From: Callorhinchus milii
Taxonomy: Eukaryota
NCBI RefSeq assembly: GCF_018977255.1
Contig: NW_024704742.1
Location: 98,954,001-99,018,000, forward strand
Direction of reading: 5' to 3'
Length of the DNA: 64,000 nucleotides
The notes beneath the pieces were generated by a model. It had not been told where the DNA came from, ran no database searches, and saw only the letters and a program-made list of their open reading frames with translations. Position numbers and translations under genes: made by a program. Shown here piece after piece: positions 52,991 through 64,000 of the stretch. Numbering within the stretch: position 1 is the stretch's first letter; each line of letters begins with the position of its first letter.

Positions 52991-54030
52991 AAATTTGAAG
53001 GGAGATGATTGCAAAAAATTATGATCAGTGGCTCATTCAAAAATGATCATGTAAATCCTTCCATCCTTCAAATGAGATGTTAAGCCTATATCCTGTATGA
53101 TTATTAAGATAGGCCTTAAAAATGCCATAGCACTGTTTGAAAAGGGAGTTTATTTTGGTGTCCTGGTAAACAGCCTTCATGGCTGTTTGTGGAACACTGC
53201 AAATTGGGCTGCAATGTTCATCACTTAACAGTATATCACGTGAAGCGTTTTGAGATGTCTTGGTGACATGATAAGGCACTATATCAAATGTAAGGATTAT
53301 TTTAATCGCACAACTGTAGGAAAATCCAAAGATGATTATTACCCTGACTCAGGGGGGCCAGGTTTGGAGGGGGGAGGGGTGAGAGAACAAGCTCATGGTT
53401 TAATTTGGTTCTCATCAATCTAACAGTTGAACACATGATGTAAGGCTAGGGAAAATGTAATGTTTACATTGATCTATGATGTTGAAAAACACAAAGTTAC
53501 TTGTATAAGTGTGCAGTTAGTTAAACTGTAAAATTGAGACATTGTGTCAAGATGCTCTACATTAATCTATTCCCATCTTGTTTGTTTAGCTTTGTATATT
53601 GGTTGGTAAATTACAGCAGGATTCAACAGGAAGCATAACAAGGGCAGACAGCACTTGCATTTGATCCGGTGGTTAGTGAGACAGTACAAAAATATTCCTG
53701 AGGACATTGAACAGGAGCACCAATACTATCTTTGGGAAGACCTTTGACACAACCTTACTGTATATTACAACAACCTAGATTCTGTAGGCGATACATTACG
53801 AAAGTAAAATTATGATTGTGTGGTTTGCACATTGACTCACACAAAAAGTTTTTGTGAGACAGATTTATACAGAATTAAATAACTCATGAGACATCTTGCA
53901 TGGAGTTATTTTGTAGTAGGATTTTATGTTAGAAATTCCATGTTGGTTGCCACATCATTTGTTCACAAGTAGTAAAATAATATAAAAATCATTGTACATT
54001 ATTAAGACATCCTTAACCGTTTCAGTTTGT

Positions 54031-54629
54031 GGAGTCCTGTAGATCAGTGGTTAGAGCACTCGCCTTGCAGCAAGAGACCTGGATTTGATCCCCAGCAGGG
54101 CAAAATGTTGAACAAGTTTCCTTGCTCCACATGCCTCTGTTTCCCTAGCAATAACTAGGAACCCGGTCGAATTTGCAGATCGCTTTGCCGAGGGTTATAA
54201 TTCCTTCAAAAATAAATTGCACAATTGGCTGCTGCGTTTCACCCACAAAATATGCAGTCAATTCCCTCTACAGTATATTCTGTGAAGCGCTTTGAAATGT
54301 CTAGAAGGTGTGATAATAATAATAATAATCCTTGCATTTGATATAGCGCTTTTCACGTCGGGAGGACGTCCCAAAGCGCTTCACAGAACACACTGTAAAG
54401 TGAATTGACTATATTTGTGGGCGAACGCGGCAGCCAATTGCGCACAGCAATGTCTCACAAACAGTCGTAGATTGAAAATGACCAATTTAATTATTGTTTT
54501 TGGTTTTGGAGGGATTATTATTAGGGGTTTGGAGTAAGGAAACTTGCCCAAGGTTTCGCCCTGCCTGGAATTGAACTCAGGTCTCTCGCTTGCAAAGCGA
54601 GTGCTCTAACCACTGAGCTACAGGACTCC
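54031..54629. mobile_element. Tail-to-tail tRNA-SINE pair (54031-54316 + long form; 54317-54629 - short form)
   Basis: Begins with GGAGTCC and ends with GGACTCC; the junction is at (AAT)n. Confidence 0.92.
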
Positions 54630-55228
54630 AAAGACAGGACTGTAACCCAGCATGAGGAAGAGAGAGAAAAGGCTGGAGGGAGAGTGCGAGTAAAAGGGTG
54701 GGGAGCAAGAGACTAGCAGCTTTCCGAATGAGGAGGGGACATTATAAACTCACTGCCCCCTTCATTTTCATGGTGCAGAAAACGCAACTGCATGGTTTCA
54801 ATCATGAATGTGGAAAATGAAAGCAAATGTAGACATAGAGATAAGCACAATGTCAAATGCAAGGATTATTATTATTTACTGTTAAGTGCAGTGACTGTGT
54901 ATTTGTAGGCAAACACTGCAGCCAATTTGCGCACTACAATGTCCCACAAACAACCAGATGGTGAAGGAGTTTTATTTGGGGAATTGTCAGTCAAGAGTTC
55001 AAGAGAAACTCCCTGCTCTTTGGAGTGGTGCCATGCGATCTTTAATATCCATCTGGACAGACCTCAGGTTAACATCTTATCCGAAGCATCTCCAACAATG
55101 CAGCACAACCGCAGCTCTGCATTGGAGCATCAACTGGTTAGTTCAAAGTTGCGAAAGGCCACTACACCGCAGCCAAAAAGGTAGTTTAATTGTTATGTAC
55201 GAAATGCAAGGATTATTGCCACTGCTTT

Positions 55229-55799
55229 TACTTTTTGGTCAGCCAGCTGTCTGACACATGAGGAAACGATCACCATTCTTAAGATTATCCAAACCAAATT
55301 GAGAATTCCATGTATCCCACCTATCAATGCGAATTCCAGATTTTTTGAATGCCCACTCTCTCCCTGAAGGGACGCACCCTGCATATCTAATTCCAGAAAG
55401 TATTAAGTGCAGGTTGGCAAGAGACAAGGCTTGGGGACCCCAGAGTGTGTGTTGGGGTACTGCTCGAGTCTAACCAGCTAAAACCGCATAGCTTGCCATT
55501 GATAGAACTGCTTGGCAAGTCTTCCCCACTGCTTGTCCAGCTAGGACCACCGTACCCATTAGTGCTTTGGCTTGCAAGGTTAACAGGAGCTGAGTGGGAT
55601 GACTCCCTGCGCCCAGTGATTGGTTTGCCTTTCCAGGTCCTGCCGATGAGCCAGTCTGGCTGTATTGTCATCAGCAGTGCCCTGGCATACTGCGGACGCG
55701 CCTGGCTCAGGAATCGGACTACCGAGATCACCACAGAGGGCTGGCTCGATTCTGACATTCCGTTGCCAAGCACATCACTTTGGAGCCTGTGTCAGCTCC
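55229..55799 (-). mobile_element. Unclassified retroposon, copy F, with a 27-bp TSD
   Basis: Flanked by AAATGC(A/G)AGGATTATTGCCA(C/T)TGCTTT at 55202-55228 and 55800-55826. Confidence 0.85.
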
Positions 55800-56099
55800 A
55801 AATGCGAGGATTATTGCCATTGCTTTCGTTTTCCGGCTTCTCGCCTCTTCAATGCAAATGCATTCTCCAAACCCTGACACGAGGAGGCGTGGGTGTCTTG
55901 CTTTGTGTCTGGTGTGACTGAAGTTCTCTCCACCAAACCTCCCCCACCAGAACCCTTCCCCCTGCTTCTGGTGTGGAGGATGATTGGAGGCTGAGCCGCC
56001 GCACCCCTCCGGCTCTGATCCTTGTCCTCCCAGTGGTGGAGACAGATGTCCATCAGAGCCTGAGGCTGATGTTGGGCTCAGCTCAGCTGGGAAGTGAAT

Positions 56100-56424
56100 C
56101 CAAAGGAAAGAGGAGTGAGGCTCAGAGCAGCAGCAGCAGCCAGTCTGCCTCTCTCGCTCTCTCTGTGTGTGTGAGAGTCAGTCATTGAGTGTACAAACTG
56201 TTCCTCTTTTTGGGGGGGATTTCACGTTTTACATTTTTTTTTGTTTGGAGTTGGCATTTTATATATTTTTATTCTGTATTTCAAAGAAAAAAAAATGTAT
56301 TGTTGCTGAAGGTTGTTCCCACAGCCAGTCAGGGAGGGGAAGGCAGAGCAGAGGAGACTCAACACCAAAACACCAGCAGAACCAAAGAGAGGAAACCCAT
56401 TTCAGGGACAGACCAAGTGAGAAG
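56100..56424 (+). other. Candidate non-coding first exon of an unidentified downstream gene
   Basis: (CAG)n, (CT)n and (GT)n leader resembling a vertebrate 5' UTR, ending in a perfect AAG|GTGAGT donor at 56425. No long ORF. The start is approximate. Confidence 0.45.
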
Positions 56425-56743
56425 GTGAGTTTTGGGGGATTTCTTCTCTGGTGACTGATACACTGTAGCCCCAAGCCCTTTCTTTCCAGTGTGAATTAAC
56501 TTGAGACAGTATTGCGAGAAACGTTAACAACAAGGGTTTGTTGTTGTCAGTTTGTTGAAGTTCCACACATTTTTTTGTGGGGGGAGGGGGGAAGCAGGGT
56601 CTCATAAGTTGCCATTTTTTAAAAAAAAGTCCTGTCACCGCAAAAGATAGGATAATGGTAACTTCAGTCTTGAATTTCTTATGTTTGTGGCTGTCAGACA
56701 CAAGTTAACGTGAGCTTCTGTCTTGGGCTCTAACTGTCTCCAT

Positions 56744-56985
56744 CCGTCTCGGGCTCCGTCCGGGACCGTCTCGGGCTCCGTCCGGGACCGTCTCGGGCTC
56801 CGTCCGGGACCGTCTCGGGCTCCGTCCGGGACCGTCTCGGGCTCCGTCCGGGACCGTCTCGGGCTCCGTCCGGGACCGTCTCGGGCTCCGTCCGGGACCG
56901 TCTCGGGCTCCGTCCGGGACCGTCTCGGGCTCCGTCCGGGACCGTCTCGGGCTCCGTCCGGGACCGTCTCGGGCTCCGTCCGGGA
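56744..56985. repeat. Perfect minisatellite, 11 x 22 bp (CCGTCTCGGGCTCCGTCCGGGA)
   Basis: Read directly, 242 bp. The ORF track shows the expected 22-aa periodicity. Confidence 0.97.
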
Positions 56986-57769
56986 CCATGAATTTGTAGA
57001 GCTGGAACCTCATTGAAGCCGCCCATCTGCCGAACTGAATGAGTGGTGTTTGTGCATTTCCCTTCCTGTCTCAGTCCAGGGATGGTAGTTTACAGTTCTG
57101 CAAAACATCATCCAGAATGTTTTCTAAATCATTATCTCAAACTTTTCTTTGCAGGTTCTTGGGAATATTGCAATGATCTAAAAAATATAGTGAATGAAAA
57201 GAAGAAAATTTAGTGGTTGCCCTTCTTTGATGGGTCTAAAGTAACTTGTAGCTTAGAAAACATTTTGAATTCACAAAAACATTGTGTGTTCATTTATGTT
57301 CTTCATATTGAAATATATGCACTCACTGCTCTGTATTGTTCACGGTGTTATAGACTTTGCAATATTTCATGGACTAGAGTGATAAATGAATTATATTGTA
57401 CAATACAATATGACGCATTAAAACTGTACAAGGAATACAGGCAGAAAGTCCACTTTTCTTTCTTCCCCTGCTGCCCCTTTCTGCATATACCAAGGAACCC
57501 AACCACAAGGATGTGCTGGAAAACAGTAACATTGTGAGGAAGAATATTTTAAAAATAGAAAACAGATTGGCTCGAAGAGAAATGTGATAAACGTGTGAGA
57601 TTTGACATCTGTTTCTGCTGACACAAACTGCCTTCGTAATAAGCAAAATTAACTGTGGTATGAAACCCACAGACAAACAATTTGTGGCAACATGAATAAC
57701 ATCCCTGCCTGATCTCGCCCCACCCTACCTCTGCAACTTCCTTCAACCCCACCAACCCTGCCACTACTT

Positions 57770-58065
57770 TTGCTCAGGGCTTACTGACCTGCTTCATGCA
57801 CCCTGTCCTGTCACCCCCACCATCAATGGGTGGCTTTTCAGCCATCATGCTTCCTCTATCTTTAGAATTGGAATTCCATCCCAGAACCCTGTCGACTTGC
57901 TCCCTCCTTATCCTTTTTCAAGGTACGCCTCAAAATATACCTTTTTGACTGTGCTTTCAGTCATCTTTCCACTGCCCACCCCTCTCAGCTCTCACCCGCT
58001 TAGGTGCCCATCCATCACCTTGAGATATCCTTCCGAAGTGAAGGCGGGATTACATAAATGTAGAG
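57770..58065 (+). mobile_element. Degenerate L2 3' fragment
   Basis: CCACCATCAATGGGTGGCTTTTCAGCC..GGAATTCCATCCC and a tail remnant. Confidence 0.55.
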
Positions 58066-58844
58066 GTATTTTAGACTGAAAAGTAACAGCCTTTCAAATT
58101 TACATTAATAACTGAGTGTTTGGGAGTTACCAGTAAAATGCTTGAGGGGCTGGGATGATGCCAATTGTATGTCAACTAAACTAAGAGAGAGCATTCCAGC
58201 ATTGCTCCAATTTTCCTCTTCACCGCCACCCCCCAACTTCCCCCCAAAAAGATTGCACTTTTCTGTTTCTCTTGTTTTTGAGTTCATATGTTCTGTTACC
58301 ATTGTCTGTGGTTTCTTATTAGTTTTATGAGTATTGGTGTACTGCTGTACCACACCTTACTGTGTTTAAAAGGTTTATGCAATGCAGTGAATTTCACTGG
58401 AAAGCTAAACATGGAGGGAACACGTGCAACAAAATGATTTATTGGGATCAATTACCTCTACGTAGCTTAGTCTTATCTAATTTATGGATTCCCATGCATA
58501 ACTTACATTACACAGAGTAATTCGCAATTTTTAAAAAAACATCAGTAACATGAAAAATGACTACATAATTTACTGTATCTTCTATTTTGTTCTGATTTCT
58601 ATCTTGGATTTAAAATAATCCTTTTTTTACTCATAACTGACATTGGAATCCCCTCAATGTAATTTGCTGTCGTATATCTTTTTTAGGAGCAGCACAGACT
58701 GAGTCAGCCTGGGTGCATAACTGAATGTACAAAATTAAGTTTCACATGAAAGTGATTGGAAAATTGGTGCACATAAATTCCTAATGCACAAATGTCCAGA
58801 TTTACAATATTTTGTTTGAAGTTTTGATCTAGAATAGGATAATA

Positions 58845-60140
58845 ATAATAATGTATAATATAGCACCTTTTGAGTCAGGAGACTGTCTCAAAGCACTTCA
58901 GGATTTACTGTGAAGTGTAGTGAATATGTATTTTGTAGGTGAATGCGATTGCCAAATTGCATATAGCGGTGTTTCACAAACAACCATTGACTGAATCACA
59001 ATTTTGTTTAGGGGATGGTTGGTCAAGCCTTTGGAAAATACTCCCTTCCCTTCTCTTTTCGAATAATACCATGGGATCTTTGACATCCACCTGAACAAGC
59101 AGACAAGACCTTAATTTAACATTGCATCCAAAGGACGGCACCTCTAACAATGCAGTGCACCCCCAACAATGCACTGCAGTGTCAGCCTAAACTATGTGAG
59201 ATCAAAGTGCTAATATGGCACTGACACCATCAGCATCCAAGGCTGCACTCTCCACCTCTCAAAGCCGGTCAGGAACCTCGGCGTTTTGTTCGACCCTGAG
59301 CTGTCCTTTCTCCCTCACATCCGCACCACAACTGGCACCGCCTTCCATCACCTCCGGAACATCGCCAGACTATGGCATTACCTCACCCCTCACGCTGCTG
59401 AAACCCTGGTCCACGCCTTTGTCACCTCAAGGCTGGACTACGGGAACTCTCTCCTCGCCGGCCTTCCCGCCACCTCCCTCCACAAGCTGCAGGTCATTCA
59501 GAACTCTGCAGCTCGTGTACTGTCCCGCACCAGGCTTCGGGACCACATCACTCCCACCCTCGCTCGCCTCCACTGGCTCCCCATCCCCCAGAGGATCGAA
59601 TTCAAGATCCTCATCCTCACCTACAAGGCCATTCACGGCCTTGCTCCCTCCTACCTCTCCAACCTACTATCCCCCTACCTGCCTGCTCGTACCCTCCCTT
59701 CCTCTGGCTCCGGTTTGCTCCACGTCCCCCGCCCCAACCGCCCTACCATCGGTGGTCGGGCCTTCAGCCTCTCAGCCCCGAGGCTCTGGAACTCCATCCC
59801 CCAGTGCCTTCGCCGCTTCCTCCAAGGCCGGTCTCAAGTCCTTTCTCTTTGACGTGCTTTCAGCTCCCCTCTCGACTCTCTTCCCCCTCCTCGCTCCCTC
59901 CCTTCCCTCCCCTCACCCTGACCATTTCCCCCCTCCTCGCTCCCTCCCTTCCCTCCCCTCACCCTGACCATTTCCCCCCTGCTCGGGTCATGACCCAACT
60001 GTGCAGCGCCTTGGGACGTCCTCCTGACGTGAAAGGCGCTTTATAAATGGAATCTTGTTGTTGTTGTTGTTGATGGGGCTTGAACCCACAACTCTGTGAC
60101 TAATTTTGTGAGAGTGATACCAACTCAACTAGGCTGACAC
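58845..60140 (-). mobile_element. Older Deu-domain SINE (SacSINE1/AmnSINE1-like), split by the L2 at 59219-60072
   Basis: CCATGGGATCTTTGACATCCACCTGAAC..GGACGGCACCTC..GTGTCAGCCTA, with the head GGGGCTTGAACCCACAAC..GGCTGACAC after the L2. Related decayed copies at ~24570-25075, 31930-32130, 39330-39540, 43615-43990, 44190-44390 and 54875-55140. Family name is from recall. Confidence 0.7.
59219..60072 (+). mobile_element. Relatively young L2 3' fragment nested in a Deu-type SINE
   Basis: Uninterrupted 188-aa ORF2 C-terminus (59286-59852), stem-loop, (TTG)n tail. ATGG is duplicated at 59215-59218 and 60073-60076. Confidence 0.92.
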
Positions 60141-60147
60141 CAATAGA

Positions 60148-60513
60148 TTAATAATCCTTGCATTTAATATAGCTCCTTATCATGTCTTTAGGATTTCTCA
60201 AAGCGCTTCAAAGAATATACTGTAAAGTGAATTGACTGTATATTTTGTGGGTAAAATAAGGCAACCAATTGCTCACAACAGTGTCCCACACACAGTTGTG
60301 GATTGAGTGACCAATTATTATCATTTTGTTTGAGGGGAATTATTACCCCGGGAAAAGCGATCCACTAATCAACTAACAACCGGGTTCCTATTTACTGCTA
60401 GGTAAACAGAGGAGTGTGGAGTAAAGAAACTTGCTAAACGTTTCACCCTGCCGGGAATCGAACCCTGGTCTCTCGCTTGCTCGGCCCGTGCTCTAACCAC
60501 TGAGCTACAGGAT
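60148..60513 (-). mobile_element. tRNA-SINE, long form
   Basis: Head, internal segment, core and tail present. Confidence 0.9.
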
Positions 60514-62769
60514 TAGTTCCTTGGGAATGCAAAATTTATTGGAATATAAAGGCAGAGAATTGAGGTAAAAGGGATATTCTCTGATAAGCAAGTGGTGACA
60601 ACTGGGATTAGTGCTGTGGCACCAGTTGTGCCTCTTCTTAGAAATGGTTTGGATCATCAGTGAGTATTTCTAAGTTTGCAGAAGACTCAATGCTCGGTAT
60701 TGAAGAAGAATGAAGACAGCAGTAAATTGCAAAGGACGAAGATAAATAAAGCGCGTGGGCAGAACTACGGCCAATGCTGCAAAGTTTGAAATACATTAAA
60801 GATGGAAGAATAGTAAATGGGAGTATATCTTCAATGGGAGAAGCACCTAAGAGGGATAGCGGAGCAAAGGGATCAAAGTGGAGAATTTAGATTACGTAGA
60901 TCTGCCATGATTTAATAAACTGGTGGAGTAAGTTGGATGGGCTGAATGACGTGCTCCCAATTTTTCTGTCAATATTGCTCTCCTACTGGATATACGGAGG
61001 AGGTTCAGAGCAGCGTAGGATGATTGATGCTGTTACCTGAAATGTGCATTTTGTTCTTGTGAATAAACACTTAGCATCAGACTTGGTAACCACCCCTGAT
61101 AATATGTAAAACAGGGACTTGCCACATGAGCAATCCCAGGTACAGATCTTCATCATCAGCGAGCCAAACCACAGTGCAGTATCAATCAATAGCTATGATG
61201 CCATGAATTTTTCTTGTTGGAAATGCTGTTCTTTTCAAAATTCCCCAATGTGGTGACTGTGGCTGAGAGGATTCAGAGCTAAATGATTTAAATGTATTAG
61301 AACACTCCAGCGATGAGAGATCTGGATTCCACTTGTTTATTATCTTTATATATTTTTTAAGAAAACCAAATCATTAGGTTTCTGTTTTAATTCACTAAAA
61401 CATGTATCCTTGAAGAAGAAGAAATTTGCCCACAAAATACAGTCAATCTACTTTTCAATATATTCCGTGAAGCATTTTGAGACATCTTGACAATATGATA
61501 AGACGCTATATCCAATGCAAGAATTATTAGAAAATAGTCTTATACAACAGTTACCACACATACTGTATTCCCTTCAAGCTTCAAACCCTAGTGTGCAACT
61601 AATTATGGTATCTGCTTTAAATTGAAGAAAAAATCCTGTGCCCATTGATTGAAAGTTTGTTCCAGCCAAGGTCAGCTGTCTTAAGTTAAGAAATAAGGAA
61701 TGTAAAGCACAATCCGCTTTTGTCTTGCTCAATAGACTGCTTGATATATCCACACTCTCAGAGTTCCACAGTGTTAACCTTCCTAAAGATGCTGTAATAC
61801 ATTTCAGGGAGCCTCAAGGGATGAACATAGCAAAAGAGAAGAACCTAGTGGGTCATTTCACATAATAATGGAGCTCAAAATCTGTTTTTGTTTTAGATAT
61901 TTTCTTTGGTTCAGCACATAATCTACTTTATATTATTGAGCAAAGCTTAATATTTGATGGCCTGAGTAGGTCAGCTGCAGCTGAATCCATTTTCCATTTG
62001 ATTACCTGTAGATCTGAATTTGAATCAGGGTACCAAATTGAATAAATTGAGATGGAGCAGAAAGAAGAGATGCAAATAAATGATGTATGATGAAAAGCCA
62101 CAGGATATCATTTATATTCATTAGGATTGTTGTGCCAAGTCCCAGTTTTTCATCTTGCATTCTTCATACCATATGTTATTTAAGTATTTTTTTAAAAGTT
62201 TGAGACAAAATAAAGGTCGTGATTTCCCCTTGTGCACCATCTCCTCATACAAACATATTCACAAGAGCCCCAAGATGTGGACTTTAGCTTTTACGGAAGC
62301 TGGTGTTTTTTATTCCGGTAGTTATCTTTTTGGGTAGCAGCTGGTCTCATGGTAGACAGTAACTACAAGCAGCCTCTTGCAACTTGAAACTGAATTGATG
62401 ATAGGTTTATACCTCTGTATTTGAGTGTGGGGCTAACTTAACCTGCAAATGGCAGTGTAAAGCTTGTACCAAAACATCTCTGTCCCACAGATGTTATTGC
62501 ACTTGTACATGCATAACTTACAATTTGTTAAAATGTGACTAAACTAAAATAGATTAATAATTTTAGAAAATTCAGAAAAGATTGAAAGTATACTTTTAAA
62601 CTCTAGCTACTAATGGGTATTAATAATAATAATAATATTATTATTATATATTATATATATTAGTATATTCATGTGAGATTACCCGATTAATACTTCTTAT
62701 TAGCTTTGTTAATGAAGTACCCACTTAGATAGCAGAGCCTATTTGGTCACAAAAATATTATCTTCAGAA

Positions 62770-63072
62770 AATAATAATAATAATCATTTGACATAGCGCT
62801 TTTCACGTTTTCTAGACATATCAAAGCACTTCACAGAATATATTGTAAGGTGAATTGACTGTATATTTGTGGGCGAAACGCAGCAGCCAATTGCACAAAG
62901 CAGTGTCCCACTAACAGTCATGGATTGAAGTTACCAAATTATTATTGTTTTTTTTCTTGAGGGATTATTATCAGGCATGTGTAGTAAGGAAACTTGCCCA
63001 AGGTTTCGCCCTGCCGGGAATCGAACCCACGTCTCTCGCTTGCGAGGCAAGTGCTCTAACCACTGAGCTACA
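62770..63072 (-). mobile_element. tRNA-SINE, short form
   Basis: Head, core and tail present; internal segment absent. Confidence 0.9.
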
Positions 63073-64000
63073 AATGATCCAACTTCAATAAAGAACACTG
63101 AACATACTTTATTTTGTAGTACTATGCCTAAGGCTCAAAAATCCTCTTTGTTTGTAGTCTTTCACGTCTTTCATTTTCTTGGAATTTAAGATTTTGCTAA
63201 ATTGTTTTGCAGGTTTTCAAACAGTTTGTGGAAATCTAGCTTTCAGATTAAGTTCTGTGGAACTTCAGCCCTTTGATGTGTTGGCTAGTAACAGAATATA
63301 AATATTGTTGACTAGAAATAAATGTTTTTTCAAAAATGCATCTAGGCATTTCATGAAGATAAACTAGTTTAAGTGGTGCTCTTTGGTTGAATGGGGAACT
63401 GAAGCAAATCATGTTGACCATTAATTGATCCCTTTTCAAATAACCAGATCCTTTGGTGGGTCTCTGCCAAGAGGAAAAGTTTAAGTTTTTTTAAAAGAAA
63501 AATAGACGTTTGGGTTGCAAAATAACCACAGTCTGTAGTTGCATTTGGCAGCTTTACAGCTGTTGGAAGTGGTTGGGAAAAATATGGATTAACAAACTGT
63601 AAGGCTTCCTGGAAAGCGGGGGAAGGAAATGACAGCTGGTGAAATTCTTCTCTGTCAATGATATAAACATCTTACTGCAGTCAATCAACTTAGTGAATAG
63701 AAATAATAGAATCAACTGAGTAACCTACTTTCTAATGGATGACAGGGATCCTGGGATGCCATAAATTTGCTTGATCTCTCCCTCCTCCCACATCCCACAC
63801 TCTTAATACCCATTTCTACTGAATTAACGTCTAGGTTGAATGCATTGTGATTGCCTGTGCAAACTATTCCATTCTGCTCCTTTTTTTGGTGTTCTTTTGG
63901 AGGTACTTTAAGATCTTCTGATTTATTACACGTTTAATAAGGGTATTACTGGTGTTAGCTTTCTGTAGTTCTTATAGATTTCACAAAAACAGTTTTGCTT

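Noticed and set aside
55640..55680. Hammerhead-like CYGATGA followed by a stem in the unclassified repeat
   Set aside because: The required GAAA after stem II is absent (TGTA or TGGAA instead), and I could not build stems I and III by eye.
55387..55921. 128-aa and 158-aa ORFs in copy F of the unclassified repeat
   Set aside because: The frames are not maintained across the other copies and show no known domain, so they are treated as incidental.
56705..57026. Three ~100-aa repetitive ORFs
   Set aside because: Artefacts of the 22-bp minisatellite.

Overview
Eukaryotic, repeat-rich vertebrate DNA. The L2, CR1 and Deu-domain SINE content suggests a cartilaginous fish (inference). One complete protein-coding gene is present on the + strand and is missed by the ORF track: a ZFAND5-type A20/AN1 zinc-finger gene. 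It has five coding exons (34562-34712, 37247-37355, 38987-39084, 40258-40380, 41443-41591; 630 nt, 209 aa) and a ~1.9 kb 3' UTR. Its probable promoter and non-coding first exon lie at ~25.8-26.7 kb, next to a complex minisatellite and a long polypyrimidine tract. A probable non-coding first exon of a second, unidentified + strand gene lies at ~56.1-56.4 kb, followed by a perfect CpG-rich 22-bp minisatellite. The rest is mostly transposon debris: L2 fragments with two 3' tail types, decayed CR1, an abundant tRNA-Ala-headed SINE in long and short forms, and older Deu-type and AmnSINE2-like SINEs. Most notable is a six-copy, ~600-nt retroposon with hairpins, an A-rich tail, long target-site duplications and no tRNA head, which I cannot assign to a known family. 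No CRISPR array, rRNA or true tRNA gene was seen. Repeat family names come from recall of consensus motifs, not from database searches.
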